Positions 1 to 11,780 of a DNA stretch of 64,000 nt are shown here, one piece after another. How positions within the stretch are numbered: position 1 is the stretch's first letter; every line of letters starts with the position of its first letter. Below the pieces are notes generated by a model. It had not been told where the DNA came from and made no database searches. It was given only the letters and a program-made list of their open reading frames with translations. The stretch is from positions 5,048 through 69,047 of the forward strand of contig JAVEDI010000054.1 in NCBI GenBank assembly GCA_030841035.1, written 5' to 3'. Made by a program: the position numbers and the translations under genes. The DNA comes from Actinomycetota bacterium (GTDB lineage: Bacteria; Actinomycetota; Actinomycetes; JACCUZ01).

Positions 1-2
1 CG

Positions 3-1010
3 TCGATCGAGTGGGCTCGGCGCAGCGGCAACCCGGATGCATGGCGCGAGTGGTGGCAGCCCGGCGATGCCGCCGACGCCTCGTCGTACTACTTCATGGG
101 CAAGGACAACATCGTCTTCCACTCGGTGATCTGGCCGGGCATCCTGCTCGGCTACGACGGCAAGGGTGCCCATGGTGGTGAGCCGGGCGAGCTCGGCGAG
201 CTCGGACTGCCGACCGAGGTGGTGTCGAGCGAGTACCTCACCATGGAGGGCCGCAAGTTCTCGTCGTCCCGCTCGGTCGTGATCTACGTGCGCGACTTCC
301 TGGAGCGGTACGACGCCGACGCGCTGCGCTACTTCATCGCGGTGGCGGGTCCGGAGACCCAGGACACCGACTTCACGTGGGCCGAGTTCCTGCGCCGTAC
401 CAACGACGAGCTCGTCGCCGGCTGGGGCAACCTGGTCAACCGCACGGTCTCGATGGCCGCCAAGAACCTCGGCGCCATCCCCGAGGCCGGCGAGCTGACA
501 GACGCCGACCGAGCGCTGCTCGACACCGTCGCGGCAGCCTTCGACTCGGTCGGTGCACTGCTCGAGAAGTCGCGACAGAAGAACGCCATCAACGAGGCGA
601 TGCGGGTCGTGGCCGAGGTGAACAAGTACATCTCCGACATGGCCCCGTGGAAGCTCCGTACGGAGGATCCCGCCCGCATGTCGACCGTGCTGCACGTCGC
701 GCTGCAGGCGGTGCGCGACTGCAACACTCTGCTGACGCCGTTCCTGCCCCACGCTGCGCAACAGGTGCACGAGCAGCTCGGCGGCACCGGCGTGTGGTCC
801 GGGCTACCGGAGGTCAGCGAGGTGTCCGAGGAGGGCAACGCCGGTTACCCCGTCATCACCGGCGACTACGCGGCCGCGCAGGCGCGCTGGCGGCGCACGC
901 CGATCGTCCCGGGCACGGCGCTCTCCGCCCCGACTCCCGTGTTCCGCAAGCTCGACCCCTCGATCGTCGAGGAGGAGCTGGCTCGCCTCGAGCAGAAGGC
1001 CGAGGCGTGA
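3..1010 (+). CDS. metG: Methionine--tRNA ligase (5' truncated by window edge)
   Basis: Frame open from position 3; [15 protein letters not shown] (KMSKS-like) and anticodon-binding helical domain; followed by tatD. Confidence 0.97.
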   Translation, partial: SIEWARRSGNPDAWREWWQPGDAADASSYYFMGKDNIVFHSVIWPGILLGYDGKGAHGGEPGELGELGLPTEVVSSEYLTMEGRKFSSSRSVVIYVRDFLERYDADALRYFIAVAGPETQDTDFTWAEFLRRTNDELVAGWGNLVNRTVSMAAKNLGAIPEAGELTDADRALLDTVAAAFDSVGALLEKSRQKNAINEAMRVVAEVNKYISDMAPWKLRTEDPARMSTVLHVALQAVRDCNTLLTPFLPHAAQQVHEQLGGTGVWSGLPEVSEVSEEGNAGYPVITGDYAAAQARWRRTPIVPGTALSAPTPVFRKLDPSIVEEELARLEQKAEA

Positions 1011-1915
1011 CCGAGACGCGCGGCGCCGGCGACGGCTCCTCCAGCGACCGCCCGAACCGCGCGCGCCACGACGACGGCAGGCGCGACCGGTCGCGTCCTC
1101 CTGCGCCAGAGCCGCTGCGGGTGCCGGTGGCCGACAGCCACTGCCACCTCGACATAGCCGACCCGCCCGACGACTGGCTCGACGTCGACGCCGCCCTCGA
1201 GGCCTCGGCCGCTGTCGGCGTACCGAGGATCGTGCAGATCGGGTGTGACCGCGAGGGCGCCCGGTGGGCGGTGCGGACCGCGCAGCGGTACGACGCAGTG
1301 GTGGCGGGGGTCGCGCTGCACCCGAACGAGGTGCCGCGGCTGCACGCCGCGGGCGAGCTCGATGCCGCACTCGAGGAGATCGACGAGCTCGCCGCCGACC
1401 CGCGGGTGCGAGCCGTCGGCGAGACGGGGCTCGACCACTTCCGCACCGGCGAGGACGGCCGCGGGGTGCAGGAGGAGTCCTTCCGGGCCCACATCGAGAT
1501 GGCAAAACGACGGGACAAGGCGCTGGTCATCCACGACCGTGACGCCCACGCAGACGTGCTGCGCGTCCTCGAGGAGGCGGACGCGCCGGACCGCGTGGTG
1601 TTCCACTGCTTCTCGGGCGACGTCGAGATGGCGCGGCACTGCGCCGCCCGAGGCTGGTTCCTCTCGTTCGCGGGAACCGTGACGTTCAAGAACGCGGCCG
1701 GTCTGCGTGCGGCTCTCGCCGTCACCCCCCGGGAGCTGCTGTTGGTCGAGACCGATGCCCCCTATCTCACCCCGGCGCCCTACCGCGGCCGGCCCAACGG
1801 GTCCTACCTCATCCCGCTCACACTGCGCGCGATGGCGGATGTGCACCGGGTCGACGAGGACACCCTCGCGACAGCGGTCGCCGCCAACACCGAGCGGGTG
1901 TTCGGCTGCTGGTGA
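1007..1915 (+). CDS. tatD: TatD family hydrolase/DNase
   Basis: DSHCH, GETGLD, IHDRDAH, HCFSG and ETDAPYL motifs; GTG start overlaps the metG stop (GTGA). Confidence 0.95.
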   Translation: MTETRGAGDGSSSDRPNRARHDDGRRDRSRPPAPEPLRVPVADSHCHLDIADPPDDWLDVDAALEASAAVGVPRIVQIGCDREGARWAVRTAQRYDAVVAGVALHPNEVPRLHAAGELDAALEEIDELAADPRVRAVGETGLDHFRTGEDGRGVQEESFRAHIEMAKRRDKALVIHDRDAHADVLRVLEEADAPDRVVFHCFSGDVEMARHCAARGWFLSFAGTVTFKNAAGLRAALAVTPRELLLVETDAPYLTPAPYRGRPNGSYLIPLTLRAMADVHRVDEDTLATAVAANTERVFGCW

Positions 1916-1925
1916 GCGTGCGCTT

Positions 1926-1955
1926 TTGACTCCCGCGGGGGACGGTCGTTAGCGT
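1926..1955 (+). promoter_or_regulatory. Candidate housekeeping-sigma promoter for rpfB
   Basis: TTGACT-N18-TAGCGT upstream of rpfB. Confidence 0.5.
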
Positions 1956-2026
1956 TCCTTGCCTGGTGGCCCGGCCGCTTCGGCGCGTCCCGCCGCCGTG
2001 ACCTGTCCGTCGAGCCCGGGAGCGCT

Positions 2027-3121
2027 GTGCATCGCAGGCTGCTCACCCTGCTCGTCCAGGCGACCGTCGTGGTCGCCCTGGTGGTGGGCACGACGGCTTT
2101 CGTGAGGTCCGACAAGACGGTCACCCTCTCCCTCGACGGCCGGCAGCGCACGGTCACCACCTACGCCCGCACGGTGGGTGACGCGCTCGCGGCGGAGGGC
2201 ATCCACGTCGACAGCCATGACCTGGTCAGTCCGATGCCCGACCAGCGGCTGTCCGACGGCGACACCGTGGTCGTCCGCTACGGCCGGCCCGTCGTCCTCA
2301 CCGTCGATGGCGTGACCAGGTCCGTCTGGACGACGGCACGCGACGTCAACGAGGCGTTGCTCATGTTGGGCGTCCGCAACGAGGGTGCCTACGTCTCTGC
2401 CTCGCGCTCACGACGCATCAGCCGCACCGGCACGACCCTCGACGTGCGGCTGCCTCACGCGATGACCTTCCTGGTCGACGGCCACCGTCGCGAGGTCACG
2501 ACGACCGCCATCACGATCCGCAGTGCGATGGCCGACGCCGGCATCCAGCTGCGGGCCCGCGACCGCATCACGCCGAGCCTCGAGACGCGTCCGTCCGACG
2601 AGCAGGTCATCGGCATCACCCGTGTCGACGGCAAGCGCGTCGTCGAGGAGAAGCCGATCGCGTTCCGCACCATCGAGCGCAAGAGCAAGGCGCTGTTCGT
2701 CGGCACCCGCACGGTCGTGACCAAGGGCAAGGTCGGCATCCGGGTGCGCACGCTGCGGGAGACCTATCTCGACCGCCGGCTGGCCGAGCGCACGACGGTC
2801 GCCGAGCACGTCGCTACCGCTCCCGTCACTCAGGTGGTGCTGGTCGGCACCAAGAAGCTGCCCTCGAACGCGCCCACCGCCGACGGGCTCAACTGGGCCG
2901 CGCTCGCCAACTGCGAGGCGGGTGGCAACCCCCAGGCCTACAACCCCGCCGGACCGTTCTACGGGCTCTACCAGTTCATGGAGAGCACGTGGCACGCGGT
3001 CGGGGGCGTCGGGCTGCCCACGCAGGCGAGCCCCTCCGAGCAGACCTACCGCGCCCAGATCCTCTACCGGCGCAGCGGCGCGGGGCAGTGGCCGGTCTGC
3101 GGCCACTTCCTGTTCTCCTGA
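2027..3121 (+). CDS. rpfB: Resuscitation-promoting factor RpfB-like (DUF348 repeats, G5, lytic transglycosylase domain)
   Basis: N-terminal signal/TM; C-terminal [12 protein letters not shown]...GLYQF...TW...QWPVC; sits between tatD and rsmA. Confidence 0.92.
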   Translation: MHRRLLTLLVQATVVVALVVGTTAFVRSDKTVTLSLDGRQRTVTTYARTVGDALAAEGIHVDSHDLVSPMPDQRLSDGDTVVVRYGRPVVLTVDGVTRSVWTTARDVNEALLMLGVRNEGAYVSASRSRRISRTGTTLDVRLPHAMTFLVDGHRREVTTTAITIRSAMADAGIQLRARDRITPSLETRPSDEQVIGITRVDGKRVVEEKPIAFRTIERKSKALFVGTRTVVTKGKVGIRVRTLRETYLDRRLAERTTVAEHVATAPVTQVVLVGTKKLPSNAPTADGLNWAALANCEAGGNPQAYNPAGPFYGLYQFMESTWHAVGGVGLPTQASPSEQTYRAQILYRRSGAGQWPVCGHFLFS

Positions 3122-3129
3122 TCGATCGA

Positions 3130-4005
3130 GTGACCGACCCGCTGCCTGCGCCCTCGGGCTTCCTGGGCCCTGCCGAGATCCGCGCGCTCGCCGCTGAGCT
3201 CGGCACCCGGCCGACCAAGACACTGGGCCAGAACTTCGTCATCGACGCCAACACCGTGCGGCGCATCGTGCGGAGCGCCGAGGTCGCTGCGGAGGACACC
3301 GTGCTGGAGGTAGGCCCCGGGCTCGGCTCGCTGACGCTGGGACTGCTGCCCGAAGTGGCGGGCGTGACCGCCATCGAGGTCGACCCTGTGCTCGCGGACG
3401 CGCTGCCGCGGACGGTGGCCCACCACGCGCCGGCGTACGCCGGGCGCCTCACGGTGGTCACCGCGGACGCGATGCGCGTCGACGCGCTGCCACCACCGGC
3501 GCCGACCGCGCTCGTGGCCAACCTCCCCTACAACGTCGCCGTCCCCGTGCTGCTGCACCTGCTGGAGCTGCTGCCCTCGCTGGAGCGGGGACTGGTGATG
3601 GTGCAGGCCGAGGTCGCTGATCGCCTGGCCGCCAGCCCCGGCAGCAAGGTCTACGGCGTGCCGTCGGTGAAGGTGGCGTGGTACGCCGAGGCGCGCCGCG
3701 CCGGCGCCGTAGGCCGCACCGTCTTCTGGCCGTCGCCGAACGTCGACTCGGGACTGGTGGCGTTGCGTCGGCGCCCGCCGCCCGACACGCGCGCGACCCG
3801 CCAGCAGGTGTTCGCGGTCGTGGACGCGGCTTTCGCCCAGCGGCGCAAGACGTTGCGGGCGGCGCTGCGCGGCTGGGCGGGGTCCGCGGACTCGGCCGAG
3901 CGGGTGCTGCGGGCCGCCGGCATCGAGCCCTCGGTGCGCGGTGAGATGCTCGGGGTGGCCGACTTCGCGCGCCTCGCCGACGCCGCGCTCGACGTCATCG
4001 GTTAG
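3130..4005 (+). CDS. rsmA: 16S rRNA adenine dimethyltransferase RsmA/KsgA
   Basis: [24 protein letters not shown] and FAQRRKTLR motifs. Confidence 0.96.
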   Translation: MTDPLPAPSGFLGPAEIRALAAELGTRPTKTLGQNFVIDANTVRRIVRSAEVAAEDTVLEVGPGLGSLTLGLLPEVAGVTAIEVDPVLADALPRTVAHHAPAYAGRLTVVTADAMRVDALPPPAPTALVANLPYNVAVPVLLHLLELLPSLERGLVMVQAEVADRLAASPGSKVYGVPSVKVAWYAEARRAGAVGRTVFWPSPNVDSGLVALRRRPPPDTRATRQQVFAVVDAAFAQRRKTLRAALRGWAGSADSAERVLRAAGIEPSVRGEMLGVADFARLADAALDVIG

Positions 4006-4048
4006 GGCACGGGGCGCCGGTTGCCGTCACGTCCCTAGGGTGTTGTGC

Positions 4049-4968
4049 ATGTCCTCCGTCGTCGCGGTCGCGCCCGCGAAGCTCAACCTCGCCCTGGCGG
4101 TGGGCGGACCGCGCAGTGACGGCTTCCACGAGGTGGCGACCGTCTACCACGCGGTCGGCCTGTACGACACGGTCACGGCGACGGACGGCGAGGGGCTGCG
4201 GGTCACGGTCGAGGGCGAGAAGGGGATCGCGGTCGAGGGGGTGCCGACCGACGCGAGCAACCTTGCTGCCCGGGCGGCGCAGTTGCTCGCCGACCGGAGC
4301 GGCCAGGAACCCGACGTGCATCTGCACATCCGCAAGGGCATCCCCGTCGCGGGCGGCATGGCCGGCGGTAGCGCAGATGCCGCCGCTGCGTTGCTCGCGT
4401 GCGACGCCCTGTGGGGCACTGGGCTGGCCCGGGCCGAGCTCGCCGCGCTGGCGGCCGGGCTCGGCAGCGACGTCCCGTTCGCGCTGCTGGGCGGCACGGC
4501 ACTGGGTCACGGGCGTGGTGAGCACTTGTCGCCGGTGCTGGCCCGGGGCCGCTTCGACTGGGTCTTCGCGGTGGCCGATGGTGGCCTGTCCACGCCGGCC
4601 GTCTATGCGGCGTGCGACCGGCTGCGCGAGGGCCGGGTGCTGCCGGAGCCGCGGGTCTCAGACGCGATGATGGCCGCGCTGCGGGCGGGCGACCCCGAGC
4701 AGCTCGGTGCGTCACTGGTCAACGACCTGCAGCCGGCCGCCTGCTCGTTGCGCCCACAGCTGCGCCAGACGCTCGAGGCGGGTGCCGACTGCGACGCGCT
4801 CGGCTCGCTGGTCTCCGGCAGCGGCCCCACGGTTGCCTTCCTCGCCCGCGACGGCGAGCACGCCCTCGACATCGCGGTCGGGCTCAGCGCGAGCGGCACC
4901 TGCCGGTCGGTCAAGCGGACCCACGGACCCGTGGGTGGCGTACGCCTCGTCGAGGGTGAGCCCGCGTA

Positions 4969-4969
<1 letters not shown>
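4049..4969 (+). CDS. ispE: 4-diphosphocytidyl-2-C-methyl-D-erythritol kinase
   Basis: APAKLNLAL, IPVAGGMAGGSADAAA, LGSDVPF and VSGSGPT (GHMP kinase motifs). Confidence 0.96.
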
Positions 4970-6744
<1,775 letters not shown>

Positions 6745-6781
6745 GATCTCCGGTTCGTCACAGGGCGATACGCTCCCGCTC

Positions 6782-7495
6782 ATGTCCGTCGAGCTGGAGT
6801 GGGGGCCGGTCGGCGCCAAGGTCCTCTCCGAGTCCTGCGACGTCCTGGTGATCATCGACGTGCTGTCCTTCACGACCGCCGTCACGGTCGCGATCGAGCG
6901 GGGCGCCCGGGTGTGGCCGCACACCGGCGGCGAGAACGCGGGTGCGCTGGCACGCGACATCGGCGCCGTGCTGGCGGGCAACCGGGGTTCGCACAGCGGG
7001 CTGACGCTCTCGCCCGCAAGCCTGCTCGACATCGGCGCGGACACCCGGCTCGTGCTGCCCTCGCCCAACGGCTCCGCGATCGCCTACGCGGCCGTCAACG
7101 GCGGTGTCACGGCCATCAACGGCGGTGTCACCGTGGTTGCCGGCTGCCTGCGCAACGCCAGCGCGGTGGGCAGGTGGCTGCGCGACTACGAGCGCATCGG
7201 CGTCGTGCCCGCCGGCGAGCAGTGGGGCGACGGGTCGCTGCGACCGGCCTACGAGGACCTGGTCGGAGCGGGGGCGGTGATCGACCGCATCGTCGCCGCC
7301 GACCCGCAGGTGCAGCTCTCGCCCGAGGCCGAGGCGGCCGCGATCGCCTACCGCGCCCTGCGCCCGCTCGAGCAGTGCCCGTCAGGACGCGAACTGGTCG
7401 AGCGAGGCTTTGCCGAGGACGTGCGCATCGCAGCGGAGGTCGACACGTCACGGGTCGTGCCGCGGCTCACCGAAGGCCGCTTCGTCTCGGCATGA
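6782..7495 (+). CDS. 2-phosphosulfolactate phosphatase (ComB) family protein
   Basis: VIIDVLSFTT, LSPASL, LPSPNGS, GCLRNA and EDLVGAGA motifs. Confidence 0.85.
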   Translation: MSVELEWGPVGAKVLSESCDVLVIIDVLSFTTAVTVAIERGARVWPHTGGENAGALARDIGAVLAGNRGSHSGLTLSPASLLDIGADTRLVLPSPNGSAIAYAAVNGGVTAINGGVTVVAGCLRNASAVGRWLRDYERIGVVPAGEQWGDGSLRPAYEDLVGAGAVIDRIVAADPQVQLSPEAEAAAIAYRALRPLEQCPSGRELVERGFAEDVRIAAEVDTSRVVPRLTEGRFVSA

Positions 7496-7503
7496 CGGGG
7501 GGG

Positions 7504-7995
7504 TCAGTCCGCCTCGAACGGGATGACCAGGGTGCGCAGCAGGCCCGAGAGCTGCTCCTGCTGGCGCGCCGAGAGCGTCGCGAGCAGGGCCTCCTCCCGG
7601 GCCAGGAGGTCGGCCAGCGCCGAGTCGACCCCTTCCTTGCCGCGGGTCGTGAGTCGGACCCGCACGCCCCGCCGGTCGGTGAGGTCCGGCTCGCGCGTCA
7701 CGAAGCCGCGGGCCTCCAGGCGGTCGATGCGGTTGGTCATCGTGCCCGAGGTGACCATGGTCTGGGCGACCAGCACGCCGGGGGAGAGCAGATACGGCCG
7801 GCCGGCCCGACGCAGCGCGGCCAGGACGTCGAACTCCCACACCTCCAGGCCGTGCGCGGCGAACGCGGTGCTGCGGGCGCGGTCGAGGTGCCGGGCCAGC
7901 CGGGTCAGCCGGCTGAGCACCTCGAGTGGCCGTACGTCGAGGTCGGGTCGCTCGCGTGCCCAGGCCGCGACCAGCCGGTCGACCTCGTCCTGCAC
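7504..7995 (-). CDS. tamR: MarR family regulator, TamR/UrtR type
   Basis: DEVDRLVAAWARERPDLD N-terminal helix, EFDVLAALRRAG, TSGTMTNRIDRLE; divergent from tam; GGAGG RBS. Confidence 0.8.
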   Translation of the reverse strand: MQDEVDRLVAAWARERPDLDVRPLEVLSRLTRLARHLDRARSTAFAAHGLEVWEFDVLAALRRAGRPYLLSPGVLVAQTMVTSGTMTNRIDRLEARGFVTREPDLTDRRGVRVRLTTRGKEGVDSALADLLAREEALLATLSARQQEQLSGLLRTLVIPFEAD

Positions 7996-8048
7996 TGCCG
8001 CCACCTCCTGCCCGTCTCCGGGGCGATCAAGATTATCGAAGCCAAGTC

Positions 8049-8062
8049 TCTTGACATCAAGA
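8049..8062. promoter_or_regulatory. Palindromic operator, probably for TamR
   Basis: TCTTGA-CA-TCAAGA in the tamR-tam intergenic region; second degenerate copy at 8085-8098. Confidence 0.65.
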
Positions 8063-8128
8063 CTTCTCCTGCCCAGCATGTTTACCTCGACGTCAAGTTA
8101 CTTCGCCGGGGCGAGGGAGACACCAGTG

Positions 8129-8917
8129 ATGTGGGACGCCACCGAGTACCTCCGGTTCGCCGGTCACCGCGGCCGGCCGTTCCTCGACCTGGTGGCCCGC
8201 GTCCCTGCCGAGGCGCCCGCCAGCATCGTGGACCTGGGCTGCGGGCCGGGGAACATGACGGTGACCCTGGCCGAGCGGTGGCCCGAGGCCAGCGTGGAGG
8301 GCGTCGACTCCTCGGCAGAGATGATCGAGCGGGCCCGGACCGATCACGGCGCCGCGGCCGACGGGCGCGTCCGCTTCACCCGTGCAGACCTGCGCGACTG
8401 GTCGCCCACCGACCCGGTCGACCTGCTGATGTCGAATGCGACCTTCCAGTGGGTGCCCGGTCACCTGGAGCTGCTTGCGCAGCTGGTGGCAGGGGTTCGC
8501 CCGGGCGGCTGGTTCGCGTTCCAGGTCCCGGGCAACTTCGGCGAGCCGAGCCACACCGAGCTGGCGGCCGTCTGCGAGCAACCCCGCTGGCGCGAGCGGT
8601 TCGCGGGAGCCGAGCTGGCCAGGCCGTGGGTCGCCGAGCCCATCGAGTACCTCGAGCGGCTGACGGCGCTCGGCGCCGAGGTCGACGTATGGGAGACGAC
8701 GTACCTGCACGTCCTGCAGGGCGAGGACGCCGTGCTGCGGTGGATCTCCGGCACCGGCCTGCGGCCGGTGCTCGACGTGCTCGATGAGCAGGAGCAGGCG
8801 CAGTTCACTGCCGACTACGGCGCCCGGCTGCGAGCGGCCTACCCGCAGCAGGGCTTCGGCACCGTGCTTCCCTACCGGCGGATCTTCGCGGTCGCCCAGG
8901 TCGGCGGGGTCGCGTGA
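8129..8917 (+). CDS. tam: Trans-aconitate 2-methyltransferase
   Basis: MWDATEYLRF...RPFLDLVARV, VDLGCGPGN, SNATFQWVP and WISGTGLRP. Confidence 0.9.
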   Translation: MWDATEYLRFAGHRGRPFLDLVARVPAEAPASIVDLGCGPGNMTVTLAERWPEASVEGVDSSAEMIERARTDHGAAADGRVRFTRADLRDWSPTDPVDLLMSNATFQWVPGHLELLAQLVAGVRPGGWFAFQVPGNFGEPSHTELAAVCEQPRWRERFAGAELARPWVAEPIEYLERLTALGAEVDVWETTYLHVLQGEDAVLRWISGTGLRPVLDVLDEQEQAQFTADYGARLRAAYPQQGFGTVLPYRRIFAVAQVGGVA

Positions 8918-9297
8918 GCGGCTTGGTCGGCCTGCACCACGTGCAGCTGGCCGCGCCTGCGGGCTGCGAGGAGCGGCTGCGTTGGTTCTACGGCACGGTC
9001 CTCGGCATGACCGAGCTGACCAAGCCGCCGGCGCTCGCCGGGCGTGGCGGGGTGTGGTTCCGGGCCGGAGCGCACGAGCTGCACCTGGGCATCGAGGTCG
9101 ACTTCCGTCCCGCCCGCAAGGCCCACCCGGGCATGCTGGTCGAAGGGCTCGACGCCGTCGCGCAACGGCTCACCAAGCACGGCGTCGAGGTGGAGTGGGA
9201 CGAGCTGTTCCCCGGCTTCCGGCGCTGCTACGTCGCCGACCCCTGCGGCAACCGCCTGGAGCTGCTCGAGCCGCGCGAGCCGTCCGGCGACGCCTGA
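8914..9297 (+). CDS. VOC/glyoxalase family protein
   Basis: LHHVQLA, GGVWF, LHLG, KAHP and DPCGNRLEL; overlaps the tam stop. Confidence 0.88.
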   Translation: MSGLVGLHHVQLAAPAGCEERLRWFYGTVLGMTELTKPPALAGRGGVWFRAGAHELHLGIEVDFRPARKAHPGMLVEGLDAVAQRLTKHGVEVEWDELFPGFRRCYVADPCGNRLELLEPREPSGDA

Positions 9298-10034
9298 GGG
9301 GCAGCTCGAGCCGCCGCCTGGCGACCTGTCTCGTCGCCGTGCAGGCCTGGCCTGGCCTCCAGGCCGGACAGGCCGTTCCACGCGAGGTTGACCAGGTGGG
9401 CGGCGACGTCGGCCTTCTTGGGCCGGCGCGCATCCAGCCACCACTGACCGGTGAGGGCCACCATGCCGACGAGCATCTGTGCGTACATCGGCGCGTGCTC
9501 GGTGTCGAAGCCGCGCGCTTTGAACTGGTTGGCCATGATGTGCTCGACCTGGGTCGCCGCGTCGCTGATCAGTGACGCGAAGGAGCCGGTCGCCTGGGCG
9601 ACGGGCGAGTCGCGGACCAGGATGCGGAAGCCGTCGCTGGAGGTCTCGACGTAGTCCAGCAAGGCCAGGGCCGCGCGCTCGAGCAGCTCACGCGGCCGAC
9701 CGGTGCTGGTCAGTGCGCCGGTGATGGCATCGAGCAGCGCACTCATCTCGCGGTCCACCACAACGGCGTACAACCCCTCCTTGCCGCCGAAGTGCTCGTA
9801 CACGACCGGCTTGGAGACTCCCGCCTTCTGCGCGATCTCCTCGACGGACGTCGCGTCGAAGCCCTTCTGCGCGAACAATGACCGGCCGATGTCGAGCAGC
9901 TGCTCGCGGCGCTGCTTGCCGGTCATCCGCATGCGGACATCGGGCTTGGCGACCTGCTCGGCGGCGTTGCCCGCGGTCTTGGCGCTCGCGAACGTCCCCG
10001 GTCGGGCCACCCGGCCGTCGTGCCCCGTGGCCAT
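9228..10034 (-). CDS. TetR/AcrR family regulator (Rv1019-like)
   Basis: HTH region TSVEEIAQKAGVSKPVVYEHFGGKEGL; TGATG coupling to the desaturase; start uncertain. Confidence 0.88.
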   Translation of the reverse strand: MATGHDGRVARPGTFASAKTAGNAAEQVAKPDVRMRMTGKQRREQLLDIGRSLFAQKGFDATSVEEIAQKAGVSKPVVYEHFGGKEGLYAVVVDREMSALLDAITGALTSTGRPRELLERAALALLDYVETSSDGFRILVRDSPVAQATGSFASLISDAATQVEHIMANQFKARGFDTEHAPMYAQMLVGMVALTGQWWLDARRPKKADVAAHLVNLAWNGLSGLEARPGLHGDETGRQAAARAAPQASPDGSRGSSSSRRLPQGSAT

Positions 10035-10981
10035 CAAGCGGCTCGGCGTGCGTCGAGGCGCTCCTGGTCGGGCCACCGCACGTCGTAGGCCCACCCGCAG
10101 GTCTCGAACAGCTGGATCACCCGGGCACCGGAGTCGACCTGCCCCGTGAGTACGCCGGTGCGGGCGCACGTGGGGTCGGCGTGGTGCAGGTTGTGCCACG
10201 ACTCGCCCATCGAGAGCACGGCCAGCCACCAGACGTTGCCCGCGCGGTCGCGGCTCTCGAACGGCCGCTCGCCCATCGCGTGGCAGATCGAGTTGATCGA
10301 CCAGGTGACGTGGTGCAGCAACCCGACCCGCACCAGGCTCGCCCAGAAGAACGAGGTCAGCGCACCGTGCCACGACCAGGTCATCAGTCCACCCAGGATC
10401 GGCGGCACAGCGAGGGAGGCCGCGGCCAGCACGGGGAACGCGCGGCTGACGCGCACGATGTCGGGGTCGTTGAGCAGGTCCGGCGCGTACTGACGCTGCG
10501 GGGTCTGCTCGGGGTCGAACAACCAGCCCATGTGCGCGTGCCAGAGTCCCTTCACCAGCGCCGGCACGGTCTCGCCGTAGCGCCATGGCGAGTGCGGGTC
10601 GCCGTCCTTGTCGGAGAACTTGTGGTGCTTGCGGTGGTCGGCCACCCAGCGGATCGCCGGGCCCTCGATGGCCAGGCTGCCCGCGACGGCGAGCCCGACG
10701 CGCAGCGGGCGCTTGGCCTTGAACGAGCCGTGGGTCAGGTACCGGTGGAAGCCGACCGTGATGCCGTGGCCCGCGACGGCGTACATCACGAAGGACAGCA
10801 CGACGTCGTGCCAGCCCAGCCAGCCGCCCCAGGCCACCGGGATGGCGAGCACGATCGCGGCGAAGGGCACCGCGACGAAGGCGACCAGCGCCACCTGCTC
10901 GGCCAGCCCCTTGCGTTCACCGCCCCGCGTGCCCGCGGGCAGGGGGTGAGCTCGGTCGGTGGTCGTGGCGGGAGGGGTCAT
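10034..10981 (-). CDS. Membrane fatty-acid (delta-9 acyl-CoA/lipid) desaturase
   Basis: His boxes HRYLTH, HRKHH and HNLHH; DGDPHSP; TM helices. Confidence 0.93.
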   Translation of the reverse strand: MTPPATTTDRAHPLPAGTRGGERKGLAEQVALVAFVAVPFAAIVLAIPVAWGGWLGWHDVVLSFVMYAVAGHGITVGFHRYLTHGSFKAKRPLRVGLAVAGSLAIEGPAIRWVADHRKHHKFSDKDGDPHSPWRYGETVPALVKGLWHAHMGWLFDPEQTPQRQYAPDLLNDPDIVRVSRAFPVLAAASLAVPPILGGLMTWSWHGALTSFFWASLVRVGLLHHVTWSINSICHAMGERPFESRDRAGNVWWLAVLSMGESWHNLHHADPTCARTGVLTGQVDSGARVIQLFETCGWAYDVRWPDQERLDARRAA

Positions 10982-11028
10982 GGGATGCGGCCTCGGCTCC
11001 TGGGACGGGAGGGTGTTTACGCCACCGT

Positions 11029-11048
11029 AACCTACGCTTGCGTAAGTT
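11029..11048. promoter_or_regulatory. Inverted repeat upstream of the desaturase (candidate TetR operator)
   Basis: AACCTACGC-TT-GCGTAAGTT with one mismatch. Confidence 0.5.
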
Positions 11049-11066
11049 GGGGCCCGCCGGGTCGGG

Positions 11067-11489
11067 TCAGGCCCGCTCGGTCAGCACGACGGCGACCAGC
11101 ACGCCGTAGGTCGACGAGCGGCTGCGTCGGATCAGCAGGTCGACCGGCCGTCGGTCGATGCGCTTGGTGCCGGTCCAGGTGCCGTTGGCCGCCTCGGTGA
11201 CCCGCCAGCCGTCGTTGCCGGCCTGCTCCGCGGCGGCCGCGAGGTCGCGGCCGGTGACCCGGCCGGCCCGTGCCTTCAGCAGTCGCGTCAGGGTCGCGGG
11301 CTGACGGGTGCCCAGCGATGTGAAACCGATCTGCCCGAACAGCTGCGTCTCGGCCAGCCCGGCGATGTCGTGGGTGACGAGCGGGTCGGAGCGCAGCTTC
11401 GCGACCTGCGGGTCACCGCTGCTGCAGCCCGTCACGAGCGAGATCGCGAGCATGGCGCCGACGAGGCCGAGCGAGGTGCGGCGACTCAT
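11067..11489 (-). CDS. Hypothetical lipoprotein
   Basis: MSRR plus hydrophobic stretch plus lipobox-like VTGC; GAGG RBS. Confidence 0.6.
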   Translation of the reverse strand: MSRRTSLGLVGAMLAISLVTGCSSGDPQVAKLRSDPLVTHDIAGLAETQLFGQIGFTSLGTRQPATLTRLLKARAGRVTGRDLAAAAEQAGNDGWRVTEAANGTWTGTKRIDRRPVDLLIRRSRSSTYGVLVAVVLTERA

Positions 11490-11582
11490 GGTGACCTCAC
11501 TGAACCACCGTGGGAACCGCTCGCGCAAACCGTCGGGCTCTCGCGGCCCGTCCTACCGTCTAGCCTGGACCCGCCTGTCCGG

Positions 11583-11653
11583 TCCCGGGTCGTCCAATGG
11601 CAGGACGCTAGCCTTTGGAGCTAGTTATCGAGGTTCGAACCCTCGCCCGGGAG
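11583..11653 (+). tRNA. tRNA-Gln (anticodon TTG)
   Basis: Acceptor TCCCGGG/CCCGGGA; anticodon arm CTAGC-CTTTGGA-GCTAG; GTTCGAA T-loop; CCA not encoded. Confidence 0.95.
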
Positions 11654-11780
11654 CCTTCTGTCCCGGCGTCGCGCCCGACGTCGCGCCACGTCCCGCGCGC
11701 CTGGACGTGACGCGCGCGCAGTGTGCCGGGCAGGTATCGTGAGGCACGCCCCCGACCGCCTCGCCCAGGAGCGCTCCCGC

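Noticed and set aside
1916..2026. c-di-AMP riboswitch upstream of rpfB
   Set aside because: The leader is about 65 nt after the predicted promoter, which is too short, and I could not recognise ydaO-type conserved elements.
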